A DNA stretch of 64,000 nucleotides from Patescibacteria group bacterium (GCA_013387205.1 WARV01000001.1:86-64085), one strand, 5' to 3'. Numbered from the stretch's first letter, positions 28,166-37,123 are shown. Made by a program: numbers and translations. Notes: generated by a model not told the origin, from the letters alone.

Positions 28166-29620
28166 ATGGCAAATCTCTATGTTCGCAAAGCAGGGTCTGA
28201 TTCCAATAACGGGTCTACTGCTGCTTTGGCAAAACTGACGATTGGCTCAGCAGTCACAGCGGCTTCCGCTGGTGACAATGTTTATGTTGGCGCGGGTGTC
28301 TACAAGGAAGCCATCTCCGCCGCCGCCAAGCAGATAAACATCATTGGGGACATAACCGGAGCCAGCACGGGCGACGCTGGGGAGGTTATCCTCTCTGGAC
28401 TTAATGCTACGGATGACGGTTTTGGTGCGAATTTCACGCATGACTTAAGCTCTGGCGGTTCTCTGCAAAATCTGATTTTTTCTGATTGGTATACCAATAC
28501 AGGCACTTCTCTCATTTACTGCAATACACCGTCTAATGCCTTTTCGGTCACTGACTGCAAGTTTGTTAACATCATGTTTGGTACGGGCTTACAAGTTTTT
28601 GTCTTTAACTGGAATAGTGGCACGGGAGCCTTAACCCTCAAGCGGTGCGGTTTTTACAACTGCTGGCAGTATGGTAATAACAACTTTGCTGTAGTGCGGA
28701 TTTGGGACGGAGCGTCAGCTACCAAGCCGGTTATCGAAAACGTTGAGGTGGCTTTCTGTGGTGTTGCTCAAAATAATACCTCTGCCACAGTTTTCGGGTT
28801 TCGGCTGCTTACAGGGTCGGCTGGAACCTGGTCTATAAAAAACTGTTCTGTTCATGACTGTTCCTGGTTTGATTACGCCAGCAACGGCTCTGCGACTATT
28901 GCCTTTTCTATTGAAGGCTCTTTCATGCCCAGCGCCTATAACTGCTCGGTTTACAATATCCTATCCTATAATTTTGCTACTAATTACGGGTTTAAAGCTG
29001 ATAACAGCTGCACGGCCTATAACTGCAACGTGTTTAATACGAAGAGTGCTGGTAGTGGAACAAACACTGCGTATTCGACTATAACTAACAGTGGTGGAGT
29101 AGCTAAAAGTCCTTATCCCCTGCCGCCAGTCGCCTTGTTCTCTCGTTTTTCACCTTTGGCAGGCGCGGGTAACGCCACGGGCGCATCAGATGACATCTTT
29201 GGTAATCCTCGCCCTGCCTACGGCAACACCAATGGCAGTATTGGCACGGTTGAAGCAACCTTTAACAACGTCCAAAGAGACACCGTCGCTCCTGATGCGG
29301 GAACTTATGACTTAAGGGTTAACCCTCCCCAATACTTCAAGCGGACATTCCAAATACCGGTGACAGCTTCCACCGCGCGCACTGTGACAGTAAAAATCCG
29401 GATTGATGGCACTTGGCCTGCGGGAAGTCGCCCTAAAGTAACTCTTTCTGGGCAGGGGATGACTCTTTCAATCGCAACCAAAAACTCCACGACTGGGAGT
29501 TATGAACAATTGAGCGTATCAGGAACACCGTCCACAACCGGTCTGGCAACTTTAACTATCGAAGCGCACGCTACCAACACTGACGCTGATATGCACGTTG
29601 ATACAATAGCGTTATCTTAA
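28166..29620 (+). CDS. Beta-helix receptor-binding/tailspike-like protein
   Basis: YVRKAGSDSNNGS...AGDNVYVGAGVYKE start; N/C-rich parallel beta-helix periodicity; DIFGNPRP. Confidence 0.7.
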   Translation: MANLYVRKAGSDSNNGSTAALAKLTIGSAVTAASAGDNVYVGAGVYKEAISAAAKQINIIGDITGASTGDAGEVILSGLNATDDGFGANFTHDLSSGGSLQNLIFSDWYTNTGTSLIYCNTPSNAFSVTDCKFVNIMFGTGLQVFVFNWNSGTGALTLKRCGFYNCWQYGNNNFAVVRIWDGASATKPVIENVEVAFCGVAQNNTSATVFGFRLLTGSAGTWSIKNCSVHDCSWFDYASNGSATIAFSIEGSFMPSAYNCSVYNILSYNFATNYGFKADNSCTAYNCNVFNTKSAGSGTNTAYSTITNSGGVAKSPYPLPPVALFSRFSPLAGAGNATGASDDIFGNPRPAYGNTNGSIGTVEATFNNVQRDTVAPDAGTYDLRVNPPQYFKRTFQIPVTASTARTVTVKIRIDGTWPAGSRPKVTLSGQGMTLSIATKNSTTGSYEQLSVSGTPSTTGLATLTIEAHATNTDADMHVDTIALS

Positions 29621-29622
29621 CT

Positions 29623-29805
29623 ATGGCTTATACTGACTTAGGCACATTTGAAAATTGGCAGGACGCATCTACTCCCCCAAGTGGTTTTGTTTCGAATGAC
29701 TTCAACACATTTGAGCTTTGGCAGAACGCATCTACTCCCCCTCTAGTCTTTAACGAAGTAGGCACATCTCCGCGCAACTCCAACTTCTTCCTCTTTTTTA
29801 AGTAA
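29623..29805 (+). CDS. Small protein with internal duplication
   Basis: TFExWQxASTPP twice, 63-nt period. Confidence 0.6.
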   Translation: MAYTDLGTFENWQDASTPPSGFVSNDFNTFELWQNASTPPLVFNEVGTSPRNSNFFLFFK

Positions 29806-29880
29806 AACCCCCGTCCTCTGCCTGGTAAGAGGCAGGAACGAGGGTAAAACAATCTTAACACTTACCGGGAATTAAGCAAT

Positions 29881-30111
29881 ATGCAAGAAGAATCATTGGA
29901 GGTAAAACTCGCAAGATTAGACGAAAAATTAGATTTTGTCCTTAGAGATATAAAGGAATTAAAAGACGATACAAAATTGCGGGTAGATAAGCTTGAAACA
30001 CGGGTGGATAGGTTGGAAAAATCAGCCGGATTGTTTAAGGTTGTGGCCTGGGGCTATTACGTTATTGGTGCCGGTGTTATTGGTTTGCTCATTTATCATA
30101 TAGCGAAATAA
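29881..30111 (+). CDS. Holin/XhlA-like coiled-coil plus TM protein
   Basis: Coiled coil then C-terminal TM; start of lysis block. Confidence 0.65.
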   Translation: MQEESLEVKLARLDEKLDFVLRDIKELKDDTKLRVDKLETRVDRLEKSAGLFKVVAWGYYVIGAGVIGLLIYHIAK

Positions 30112-30113
30112 TT

Positions 30114-30983
30114 ATGATTACAGGATGTTTACCAGATGAATTTGATAGTCGAGATTTTAAAGCCGAACCGCTTTTAGGCGCTTCTCCGGCTGTTGATTTT
30201 GAAAATAACCCATTATTTTTACCTAAGCCTCCGCTTTGGAATCAACAATCTTCCGATTCTTGCGTGGCTGCGGCTTGGAGTTATTACAAGTGGCAGTTAA
30301 GGAATAAAAGTTATTGCCGCAAGTCTATTTTTGCTTACATCGCGCAACAGTACGGGGCTTACATTCGGGACGGGGGACTAAGGGTAGTTAAATATGGAGT
30401 AGAAACCACGGACGAAACTCCAGACCCGGAGATTAGGACACCGGAAACAATGAGGGACAAGACTGGGCTTAATGAAAAGGACGCCTTAGACGACAGGGAA
30501 TTAGATAGTAAGATTGTCCCTAATAATATTGACGACACGGCTAAGGCTATTAGGGATTATAAAGGTGTTGTATTCGGAGTTACCGGACACAATGAGGGGT
30601 GGATAGATAAATCTAATCCTACGCCCCCGCCGCCGACCACGATGTCTGATAAGTTATGGGGACACGCTTTGTATTTATATGGCTACCACCTCCACGACGG
30701 GCAGAAGTGCGTTTTAGCCCGTTCTTCCTGGGACGAGTTAGACCATCACATTAAAGAGGAATATTTTTCCAGCGGAAATACTTTTTCGCCTTGGACACTT
30801 ATTCCGAGAAAGGACAACATGATAAAAAAGTTTATAGTGCAGGACGGTTCAAAATTAGGAGTGATGCTATTAGAGGGTGAAACCGGCATAGTGCAGTTTG
30901 CGCCGGATATGGATTCCTTTAAGAAACTTAGCGAAGTCGCTAAACTAGACACCCAAACTAAGACCATCGCCATACCGGAGTAG
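30114..30983 (+). CDS. Papain-like (C1) cysteine peptidase, putative lysis enzyme
   Basis: NQQSSDSCVA (Gln/Cys), GHALYLYGY (His), RSSW. Confidence 0.8.
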   Translation: MITGCLPDEFDSRDFKAEPLLGASPAVDFENNPLFLPKPPLWNQQSSDSCVAAAWSYYKWQLRNKSYCRKSIFAYIAQQYGAYIRDGGLRVVKYGVETTDETPDPEIRTPETMRDKTGLNEKDALDDRELDSKIVPNNIDDTAKAIRDYKGVVFGVTGHNEGWIDKSNPTPPPPTTMSDKLWGHALYLYGYHLHDGQKCVLARSSWDELDHHIKEEYFSSGNTFSPWTLIPRKDNMIKKFIVQDGSKLGVMLLEGETGIVQFAPDMDSFKKLSEVAKLDTQTKTIAIPE

Positions 30984-30984
30984 A

Positions 30985-31436
30985 ATGCGAAATTTTTAAA
31001 AGGCTGTCTGCTTTTGGGATTCGGGATTAGCTTGCTAGTCGTGTTTCCAGAAAAAGCCGTTAGCCTGACAACGCCTCCGCCTGAATTTCCAGTATTAGTC
31101 GCTGATCCAAATATAACCGATAGGTTATATGACGAATGGCGGATGGTAAGAAAAAAGGTTAATAGTGATTACTGTTCCTGTGTCGATACCGCCCGTGCCT
31201 TGTCGGGAATAAATGTCGGACCAATAGGGTATGCTAAAAATCATCCTATTAATTCCAATACCCCAAATGTAGGAGCGATAATCGTAACAAGCGAAAGTTA
31301 TTACGGACACCTAGGAGTGGTGATTGCTATAAACGGTGATACTCTCACAATTCAAGAAGGAAATTATTTCAAATGCCAATTATCCAGCCGAAAAATAAGC
31401 ACAAACTACGACAAGATTATTGGCTATTACCATTAA
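30985..31436 (+). CDS. CHAP-like amidase/peptidase with signal peptide; start ambiguous (possible -1 slip)
   Basis: SCVDTAR, GHLGVV, QEGNY motifs. Confidence 0.7.
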
Positions 31437-31488
31437 TTTATTTAGCAACATTAATCTATTGGCTGTTTATTTATACAGCCCTAAACCA

Positions 31489-31656
31489 ATGAACACTAAA
31501 CTCAAATTAGCCTTTCACTTATTGGCTCAAATCTTAGTGCAGGGAGCCGTGGCCGCTTTAGTTCCGCAAGGCGGGGAAAAGTATTATGCCGCAGTAGTTG
31601 CCATTGTCGGAGTCGTCGTTGCTTTCTACGACAACCAAACTGCCCAACAGCCGTAG
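31489..31656 (+). CDS. Holin-like two-TM protein
   Basis: Two hydrophobic segments in lysis block. Confidence 0.55.
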   Translation: MNTKLKLAFHLLAQILVQGAVAALVPQGGEKYYAAVVAIVGVVVAFYDNQTAQQP

Positions 31657-31675
31657 CTTTTAGCTACGGTTTTTT
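31651..31675 (+). terminator. Rho-independent terminator
   Basis: CCGTAGCT-TTT-AGCTACGG followed by T6. Confidence 0.75.
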
Positions 31676-31777
31676 GGCGGAAGGCGGAACCATTGGCGTC
31701 GCAATTCTTTCAAAGCCAGTAAGTCCTTTGGTCAATCCGCTTTCCACCTAAGAATTAATTGGTAAGAATTAATTTCA

Positions 31778-32536
31778 ATGAAGTATTTAGAAAGTGCCAT
31801 TGACCAACCAGAGGCGTATATTATCCCAATAGGGGACTGCCATATTGGAGATAGGGCTTTTGGGAAAAGAGGATTAAAACTATTACAGGGGTATCTTGAT
31901 TGGGTTAAGGAACATAAAAACGCCAGGATATTCTTAAACGGAGATATTTTTAATTGCGCTTCCAGGAATTCCAAGACTTCACCTTTTGAAACTGATAGTG
32001 ACGAATACCAAAGAGCCATAGATATATTTAAGCCTTACGCTTCGCAGATTATTGGGGCAAATGACGGAAACCATGAAGCCCGGATGTTCGACGAGTTCGG
32101 CGTTTCCCCTTTAGCATTTTTCTGCCGGGAGCTATCCATACCTTATTGCAAATATTCAGCGGTAGTTAGGTTGATGGTTGGAAAGCGTAACACGCAAGGA
32201 TATAGGGAAGATTACTATTTATATTTTCACCACACGACAGGGGGCGGTGGTAGCCTTGGCAGTAAACTCAATAGGGTCGTTAAATTGAGGGATATTGTCG
32301 AGGGGATAGATGTTTATGTCGGCTCGCATAACCACACTTTAATTACTGCACCACAAGAAGTATATTATCCAACGCAACACGGGGTTCAGAAAAGGCAAAT
32401 TTGGCACGTTGACGCCGGTTCATTTTTGGAATACGAAGACACTTATGCGGAAAAGGGGATGTTGCCGCCATCAAAATTAGGAAGTCCCCGCTTAAGGTTT
32501 GATAGCAAAAAGCATGACGTTCACGTTTCAATATAA
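31778..32536 (+). CDS. Calcineurin-like metallophosphoesterase
   Basis: GDCH, NGD, GNHE, HH, SHNH motifs. Confidence 0.9.
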   Translation: MKYLESAIDQPEAYIIPIGDCHIGDRAFGKRGLKLLQGYLDWVKEHKNARIFLNGDIFNCASRNSKTSPFETDSDEYQRAIDIFKPYASQIIGANDGNHEARMFDEFGVSPLAFFCRELSIPYCKYSAVVRLMVGKRNTQGYREDYYLYFHHTTGGGGSLGSKLNRVVKLRDIVEGIDVYVGSHNHTLITAPQEVYYPTQHGVQKRQIWHVDAGSFLEYEDTYAEKGMLPPSKLGSPRLRFDSKKHDVHVSI

Positions 32537-32631
32537 ATTTATGGAAGATTCACCACTACATTTTAAACTTACAGACCACGACCCGATTACGGAAGAAGAT
32601 TTAAAATTTGAACCATTAAACGAAGGAGAGG

Positions 32632-33120
32632 ATGATTAATATGGAAGAAAAATTTTTACATTCCAAAGCTCTTTCACCCAATCCCAAAGACTTGCTTGGC
32701 ATGAAAAAGGTATCTATTACCAAAGTTCCAGCTACCGCACTTGCTCATTGCGCTCATGCCATGATGAATGGGGCTGATAAGTACGGAGCGTATAATTGGC
32801 GTGACAAAGCTGTATATGCTTCTATTTACGTTGACGCCTGTTTCCGTCACCTAACGGCCTGGTTTGAAGGTGAAGAAATTGCAACTGATTCCAAAGTTCA
32901 CCATTTAGGACACGCTATGGCTTGTCTGGCAATTATTCTTGACGCCAAAGAAACTGGCAACTTAATTGACGACAGGCCGGTAAACGACCAATCGCGCGGC
33001 GCATATACCAAGGTTTTAGCTGGAATGAATGAAAAGTTTACAGCTAACAAGGACTTAAAAGAGCAAATTATGGAAGAATGGGCTGACAGTGAAGCCTGCC
33101 AAAAACTAGCGGATAAATAA
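32632..33120 (+). CDS. dATP/dGTP diphosphohydrolase N-terminal domain (DUF5664-like)
   Basis: NPKD..G.KK, GADKYGAYNWR, RHL.AWFEGE, HHLGHA.ACLAI. Confidence 0.85.
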   Translation: MINMEEKFLHSKALSPNPKDLLGMKKVSITKVPATALAHCAHAMMNGADKYGAYNWRDKAVYASIYVDACFRHLTAWFEGEEIATDSKVHHLGHAMACLAIILDAKETGNLIDDRPVNDQSRGAYTKVLAGMNEKFTANKDLKEQIMEEWADSEACQKLADK

Positions 33121-33238
33121 ATGCCGGAAAACGACATCTGGAATGGTTCGTTTTCTCTTTTTGCCACTGTAATAGGGGATGATTGGGACGACGAAGATGA
33201 AGAATGACTACCACGATTGTGGTGAATTCTCACTACGA

Positions 33239-33385
33239 TTCCTTTTTAGCCAGCAGGCGTGGGGTTGCCATCCCATACAAAACGATTGCGGCTTATGGAT
33301 AAGAGGCAACTGATTCCATAACCCAACAAATTTCAAGCAGACGAGGTGTCGTTTCCTTTTCTGCCGCCTGCTGGTTGAAAGGGAA
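33239..33385 (+). ncRNA. Candidate structured RNA with possible kissing loop
   Basis: 21-bp closing stem with G-U pairs; internal hairpins; GTTGCC/GGCAAC complementarity. Confidence 0.5.
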
Positions 33386-33465
33386 ATATAACCTATAGAG
33401 AATATTCTTTTTTTAAGCGGTCATACAAGCCCTAGGAAATTGCATGACCACTTTAAGGAGGAGCT

Positions 33466-33651
33466 ATGGAGCTGGCAGTCGGACTTCAAGTATTTAAAAA
33501 TGGCGTCCCTGTCCGGCTTCTATACAGGGTTGCCCAACTGGAGGGAAAAGAAATTTGGCACACAAAACCACTTTTTGTAAAGCAACCTGAAAGGGATGAA
33601 GTATTTGAGCCACACGACAGGATAACAAAACTACACACCCAAAAGGAGTGA
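33466..33651 (+). CDS. Small hypothetical protein
   Basis: AGGAGG RBS. Confidence 0.6.
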   Translation: MELAVGLQVFKNGVPVRLLYRVAQLEGKEIWHTKPLFVKQPERDEVFEPHDRITKLHTQKE

Positions 33652-33718
33652 TTATGATACGTTACAACCGTAAACGTTGCAAAAGGAAGAAATGGCCAAA
33701 ACACAAATAACCATGCCC

Positions 33719-33743
33719 GCCGGAGCTATAATCCGGCTTTTTT
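33719..33743 (+). terminator. Rho-independent terminator
   Basis: GCCGGA-7-TCCGGC followed by T6. Confidence 0.7.
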
Positions 33744-34020
33744 ACTGAAACATAAAAGTTTTTTTGACGTTTTAATATACGATTTGACAGCTTTTTAAAA
33801 TAGGCGTATACCTAAGACATAATAAACTAAATAACCACTTATAACCTGTTAAATCGGGTTGCCCCAAATAAAGGGGGCTTGCGGATAAGTGATCAGACTA
33901 AAGGCCATTATTTGTGATACAATAAGAGCCTAGCCCTAAGTTTGGAAACAAAAATAGTGGCCAAAATTCTGTCTGTCACCATAAAGCCCGCAAGCTGAGT
34001 GGTTGGCAGGCAGTTTTTTT

Positions 34021-34890
34021 ATGAACAACGCGATTGTTACTTATTTGGAGTGGAAGGGGATAGCCCATGAGAGAGCATCTAAAGCCTATATAAAACCATT
34101 ACACAGGCTGGCTGAATATTTAAACAAAAAAGTTAGTGAACTTACTACGGATGATGTAAAAAAGTTCCTCAAATATTTAAAAGAGGAGCTTCCCAAGCTG
34201 TCTACAAGGGGGGATTGGCGCACAAACTTTTATTTCCATACGAATGTCATCCGTGATTTTATTAAACATTGGAATGATGAGGGGGTGTGTAATGTAAGGC
34301 CAGGAATTATCGAGGTTCCCAAGTACAGTTTCAACCCTTACCCATCGGTTACTATTGAAGAATTTGAGATGATGGATGATTATCTAGCCACCGAGCCAGA
34401 CAATTTTGCCAATCTTCAGAAACGGATGATTATACACTTTTTATGGTGGACGGGCGTTAGGGTATCAGAGCTTACCGATTTAAGATGGACTATTATTAAC
34501 CAATCCGAGCAGGGATTACCAATAAAAAATAAAAAGAACGGTGATATCAGATATATATTTTGGCCACCCCAAACCCACTTACTGCTTTTAAGATTTATCA
34601 GGGAAAGAAAACAGTTTACTGGGAATAGCCTATTAGTGACTTACCTGGGGAAAATGCACCCTCGCTGTGTCCAAAGGTTTTTAGAAAATTTAGGGAAAAA
34701 ACTGGGGATAACTTACCACCTATCACCACACTGTTTTCGTCAGGGTTGGGCAAAATATAGGTTGGAAAAGGGGGCGGATCTAAAACTAATAAAAGACGGA
34801 TTAGGCCACACTTCTTACGATTCTACGGACAGATACTTAATACTAAATTATAAACTGCAAAGGGAAAGAGCGGTGAAATATTTGACATAA
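34021..34890 (+). CDS. Tyrosine recombinase/integrase (XerC/D-like)
   Basis: TGVRVSE (R), KNG (K), HCFR, LGH, DRY catalytic residues intact; no long arm-binding domain. Confidence 0.92.
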   Translation: MNNAIVTYLEWKGIAHERASKAYIKPLHRLAEYLNKKVSELTTDDVKKFLKYLKEELPKLSTRGDWRTNFYFHTNVIRDFIKHWNDEGVCNVRPGIIEVPKYSFNPYPSVTIEEFEMMDDYLATEPDNFANLQKRMIIHFLWWTGVRVSELTDLRWTIINQSEQGLPIKNKKNGDIRYIFWPPQTHLLLLRFIRERKQFTGNSLLVTYLGKMHPRCVQRFLENLGKKLGITYHLSPHCFRQGWAKYRLEKGADLKLIKDGLGHTSYDSTDRYLILNYKLQRERAVKYLT

Positions 34891-34910
34891 GGTGTTAGTG
34901 GTATTATGAT
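34882..34910 (+). promoter_or_regulatory. Sigma70 promoter with TGTTAGTG box in spacer
   Basis: TTGACA-17-TATGAT. Confidence 0.7.
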
Positions 34911-34919
34911 TAGGTTAAT

Positions 34920-35075
34920 ATGGCTTATCCAAAAAACGAAGAACGAAATAAAGACTTGGTGAAGAAGCGTAAAAAAGACCCTAAGAAATGGACGTGGGGA
35001 GCTTTAGCTAAACATTTCCGAGTGGCTCGCCCTACCGCTGTTCAAATTTATAAGCGATGGGAGCATATTTATTAA
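34920..35075 (+). CDS. Small basic HTH-like protein (51 aa)
   Basis: MAYPKNEERNKDLV...WTWGALAKHFRVARPTAVQIYKRW. Confidence 0.65.
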   Translation: MAYPKNEERNKDLVKKRKKDPKKWTWGALAKHFRVARPTAVQIYKRWEHIY

Positions 35076-35100
35076 TTGTTAGTGCTTGTGGATAACTTTC

Positions 35101-35129
35101 TTGACAAGTGTTAGTGCTTGGTATATAAT
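35101..35129 (+). promoter_or_regulatory. Consensus sigma70 promoter facing the prophage end
   Basis: TTGACA-17-TATAAT; TGTTAGTGCTTG direct repeats at 35077 and 35109; DnaA-box-like TGTGGATAA at 35087-35095. Confidence 0.8.
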
Positions 35130-35272
35130 ATAAATACCACTGAAAAAAATCCCTCGAACCTTGAAAATCCCATATCAATAAACAGTCTGGTTGGTTTAAC
35201 CCCTAGAACCTTGTTTATTGCTTAAAAACGCCTTACCCCGCCCCTTTTGTGGCGGGGAATGAGAATAATATC

Positions 35273-35300
35273 GCGTCGGACAATGTATGTTGCGCGACAT
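35273..35300. other. dif-like 28-bp site at the prophage/host junction (candidate attR/dif)
   Basis: GCGTCGGACAA-TGTATG-TTGCGCGACAT; spacer resembles canonical TGTATA; gene strand bias flips here. Confidence 0.65.
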
Positions 35301-35625
35301 GGAAGATAAATAAAGCGCACGGGGAGTGCGCTTTTAATTTTTTTGATATCCGATACTTTTTGATTAATTGATTAAATGATTATCTGATTTGCTGATTATT
35401 ATTTTCTACTGATCTTAAATGTCATTGTTAACCACTATTCTCTTTAATTATGTATGGTTAAATATGCTAATACTGTTAATTACAGCAATACGCCATAAAT
35501 AAAGAGTATTTGTCAAATGTGTATAGCCTCTCCCCTATATTCAATGTAAAAATATATAAATAAAAATCCTGCGTTACCATTTGGTAACGCAGGGTTGATT
35601 TAAGACTGGCATTTGGTTCATGGTA

Positions 35626-35820
35626 TTACAAACCAATTCTTAAAAATTCTCCCTGAACTTTGGAAACCGAAACCTGGTTCCATTCGCCGGGTTGATTCCG
35701 CTGGGAAATTTCCATTCCCGAATCAGGCAGAAAGCGCTCCAGCCTGAACACTCCGACGGTGGTCCGAAAGACTGTACCCGGGTTGAATACCCTGATAATG
35801 TTGTAAAGCTTTGGGTCCAT
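35626..35820 (-). CDS. Small hypothetical protein
   Basis: AGGAGG RBS, downstream hairpin. Confidence 0.55.
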   Translation of the reverse strand: MDPKLYNIIRVFNPGTVFRTTVGVFRLERFLPDSGMEISQRNQPGEWNQVSVSKVQGEFLRIGL

Positions 35821-35932
35821 TTTTCCTCCTACTGGTAGATGAACGACAGATTAAGACTATCAAAATATGTATATGCTGTAAAGAAGCTTGTGCAAATAAA
35901 AAACTCCCCAGATGGGGAGTTTTTTATTTGAT

Positions 35933-37123
35933 TTAATTTCCACCATTTTGTTTATAGCATCCTAAAATTTTAGGCGCATAGTTTCTTGTTTCGTTATAGC
36001 CAGTATTACACGTAGCAGTGGATCCTTGTGGGCCATTATAGAGACATTCCCATTTCTTTGTCGGCTGTCCTGCGCAGTCGTTTTGCCCTGCGCAAGTGAC
36101 GCTGTTTTGGCAGGCCATGCTGCCTCCGTTGTATCCAGCGGCGATATTTCTAACGTCGTTGCCGCAGCCATTGCGGCTAAGCAACTCTAAATATTTTGCT
36201 CCGATGCAAATGCTCTTGGTCGCGTTATTTGGGTTATTAAGCCATGCGCATGTTATGTTATCTGTCACTCCGCATGATGATTTTAAGTTGTTTGCCGTCT
36301 GGGGCAAAAGCTGCATAAGTCCGCACGAACCTGCATTAGATGTTGAATTTATATTACAACTCGATTCATTAACCATAATGGATTTAATTAGCGCTTCAGT
36401 ATTAATTCCTGGGATGCTGATTGCCGCAGCTGCATCCTTTATTGCAGTCCCATAATTGTTGCAATTGCTGTTCCAGCAAGTTACGTTTGCTGCTTGGCAC
36501 AAGTTGGCTGCTGTCATACTACTTACATTGGAACATGACCCATTGACTGAATTAACGCCAGCCTGATCGCGGGCAACGCCCTGGTATAAATTGGCAGTCG
36601 GAGCTTCCATTAACTCCAATCTTACACTCTGCGGCTGGATATTTTGGAATTTGACCAGGTCAGGATTAATAGCTCTTAGGAAGATAAAGCCAATGAATAA
36701 AATGATTAAGGATGTTACGGTACTGACTAATATGTTTTTCGCTTTGTCTACCGATTCCTGGCTGCCATCTGCAGACATATAAATATATCCGGCTATAACA
36801 ATAAAAAATACGCCGATTATGGAAGCTAAGATTATGGAAAAGCGATAAAGCCTGTTGATGCAGGTGTAAAGGTCGTTTTGGGCAGCATTATTTGCACCTA
36901 CTTGGCTGTCTGACCCGGTACCGAAAAAACTGCCGTTTTGGCTCCAATATTTTCCTTGGTTATTTTCAGTCGGCGCGCACAAATATTGTTTAATTTGGTC
37001 AGACACATGGTACTGGGTGTAATTTGGCGAGCTGCTAGTTTGTGCAAAAGCTAAATTTGCATAAGACAAAATAACTTGGACAAGAAGAAATGCCAAAAGA
37101 TATGTTTTTAATTTATTGGTCAT
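35933..37123 (-). CDS. TrbC/VirB2-type pilin domain fused to SLT lytic transglycosylase
   Basis: IIGVFFIVIAGYIYMSADG...KAKNIL...INPDL; SLT motifs NESS, GLMQL, AAGYNGG, ETRNY. Confidence 0.85.
   Translation of the reverse strand: MTNKLKTYLLAFLLVQVILSYANLAFAQTSSSPNYTQYHVSDQIKQYLCAPTENNQGKYWSQNGSFFGTGSDSQVGANNAAQNDLYTCINRLYRFSIILASIIGVFFIVIAGYIYMSADGSQESVDKAKNILVSTVTSLIILFIGFIFLRAINPDLVKFQNIQPQSVRLELMEAPTANLYQGVARDQAGVNSVNGSCSNVSSMTAANLCQAANVTCWNSNCNNYGTAIKDAAAAISIPGINTEALIKSIMVNESSCNINSTSNAGSCGLMQLLPQTANNLKSSCGVTDNITCAWLNNPNNATKSICIGAKYLELLSRNGCGNDVRNIAAGYNGGSMACQNSVTCAGQNDCAGQPTKKWECLYNGPQGSTATCNTGYNETRNYAPKILGCYKQNGGN

Larger units (their letters stand above)
1..35300 (+). mobile_element. 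Prophage (podovirus-like), right part; left end lies outside the window
   Basis: Terminase-portal-scaffold-capsid-adaptor-nozzle-ejection-fibre-lysis-recombinase order on one strand; no tape measure or tail tube seen; housekeeping genes begin after ~35.9 kb. Confidence 0.92.

Noticed and set aside
28166-29805. Diversity-generating retroelement target (Asn-rich RBP plus nearby duplication)
   Set aside because: No reverse transcriptase in the window, and the duplication is short and in-frame without a clear template/variable pair
31778-33120. Z-genome (2-aminoadenine) system
   Set aside because: No purZ or polymerase in the window; an integrated prophage gives no direct support
35087-35095. 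DnaA box as oriC marker (another copy at 62913-62921)
   Set aside because: Isolated single boxes, no dnaA nearby, and convergent gene orientation fits a terminus better
1-35300. Alternative genetic code in the phage
   Set aside because: Long genes are intact in code 11 and use TAA, TAG and TGA as stops
35130-35600. tRNA as integration site
   Set aside because: No cloverleaf or T-loop motif seen
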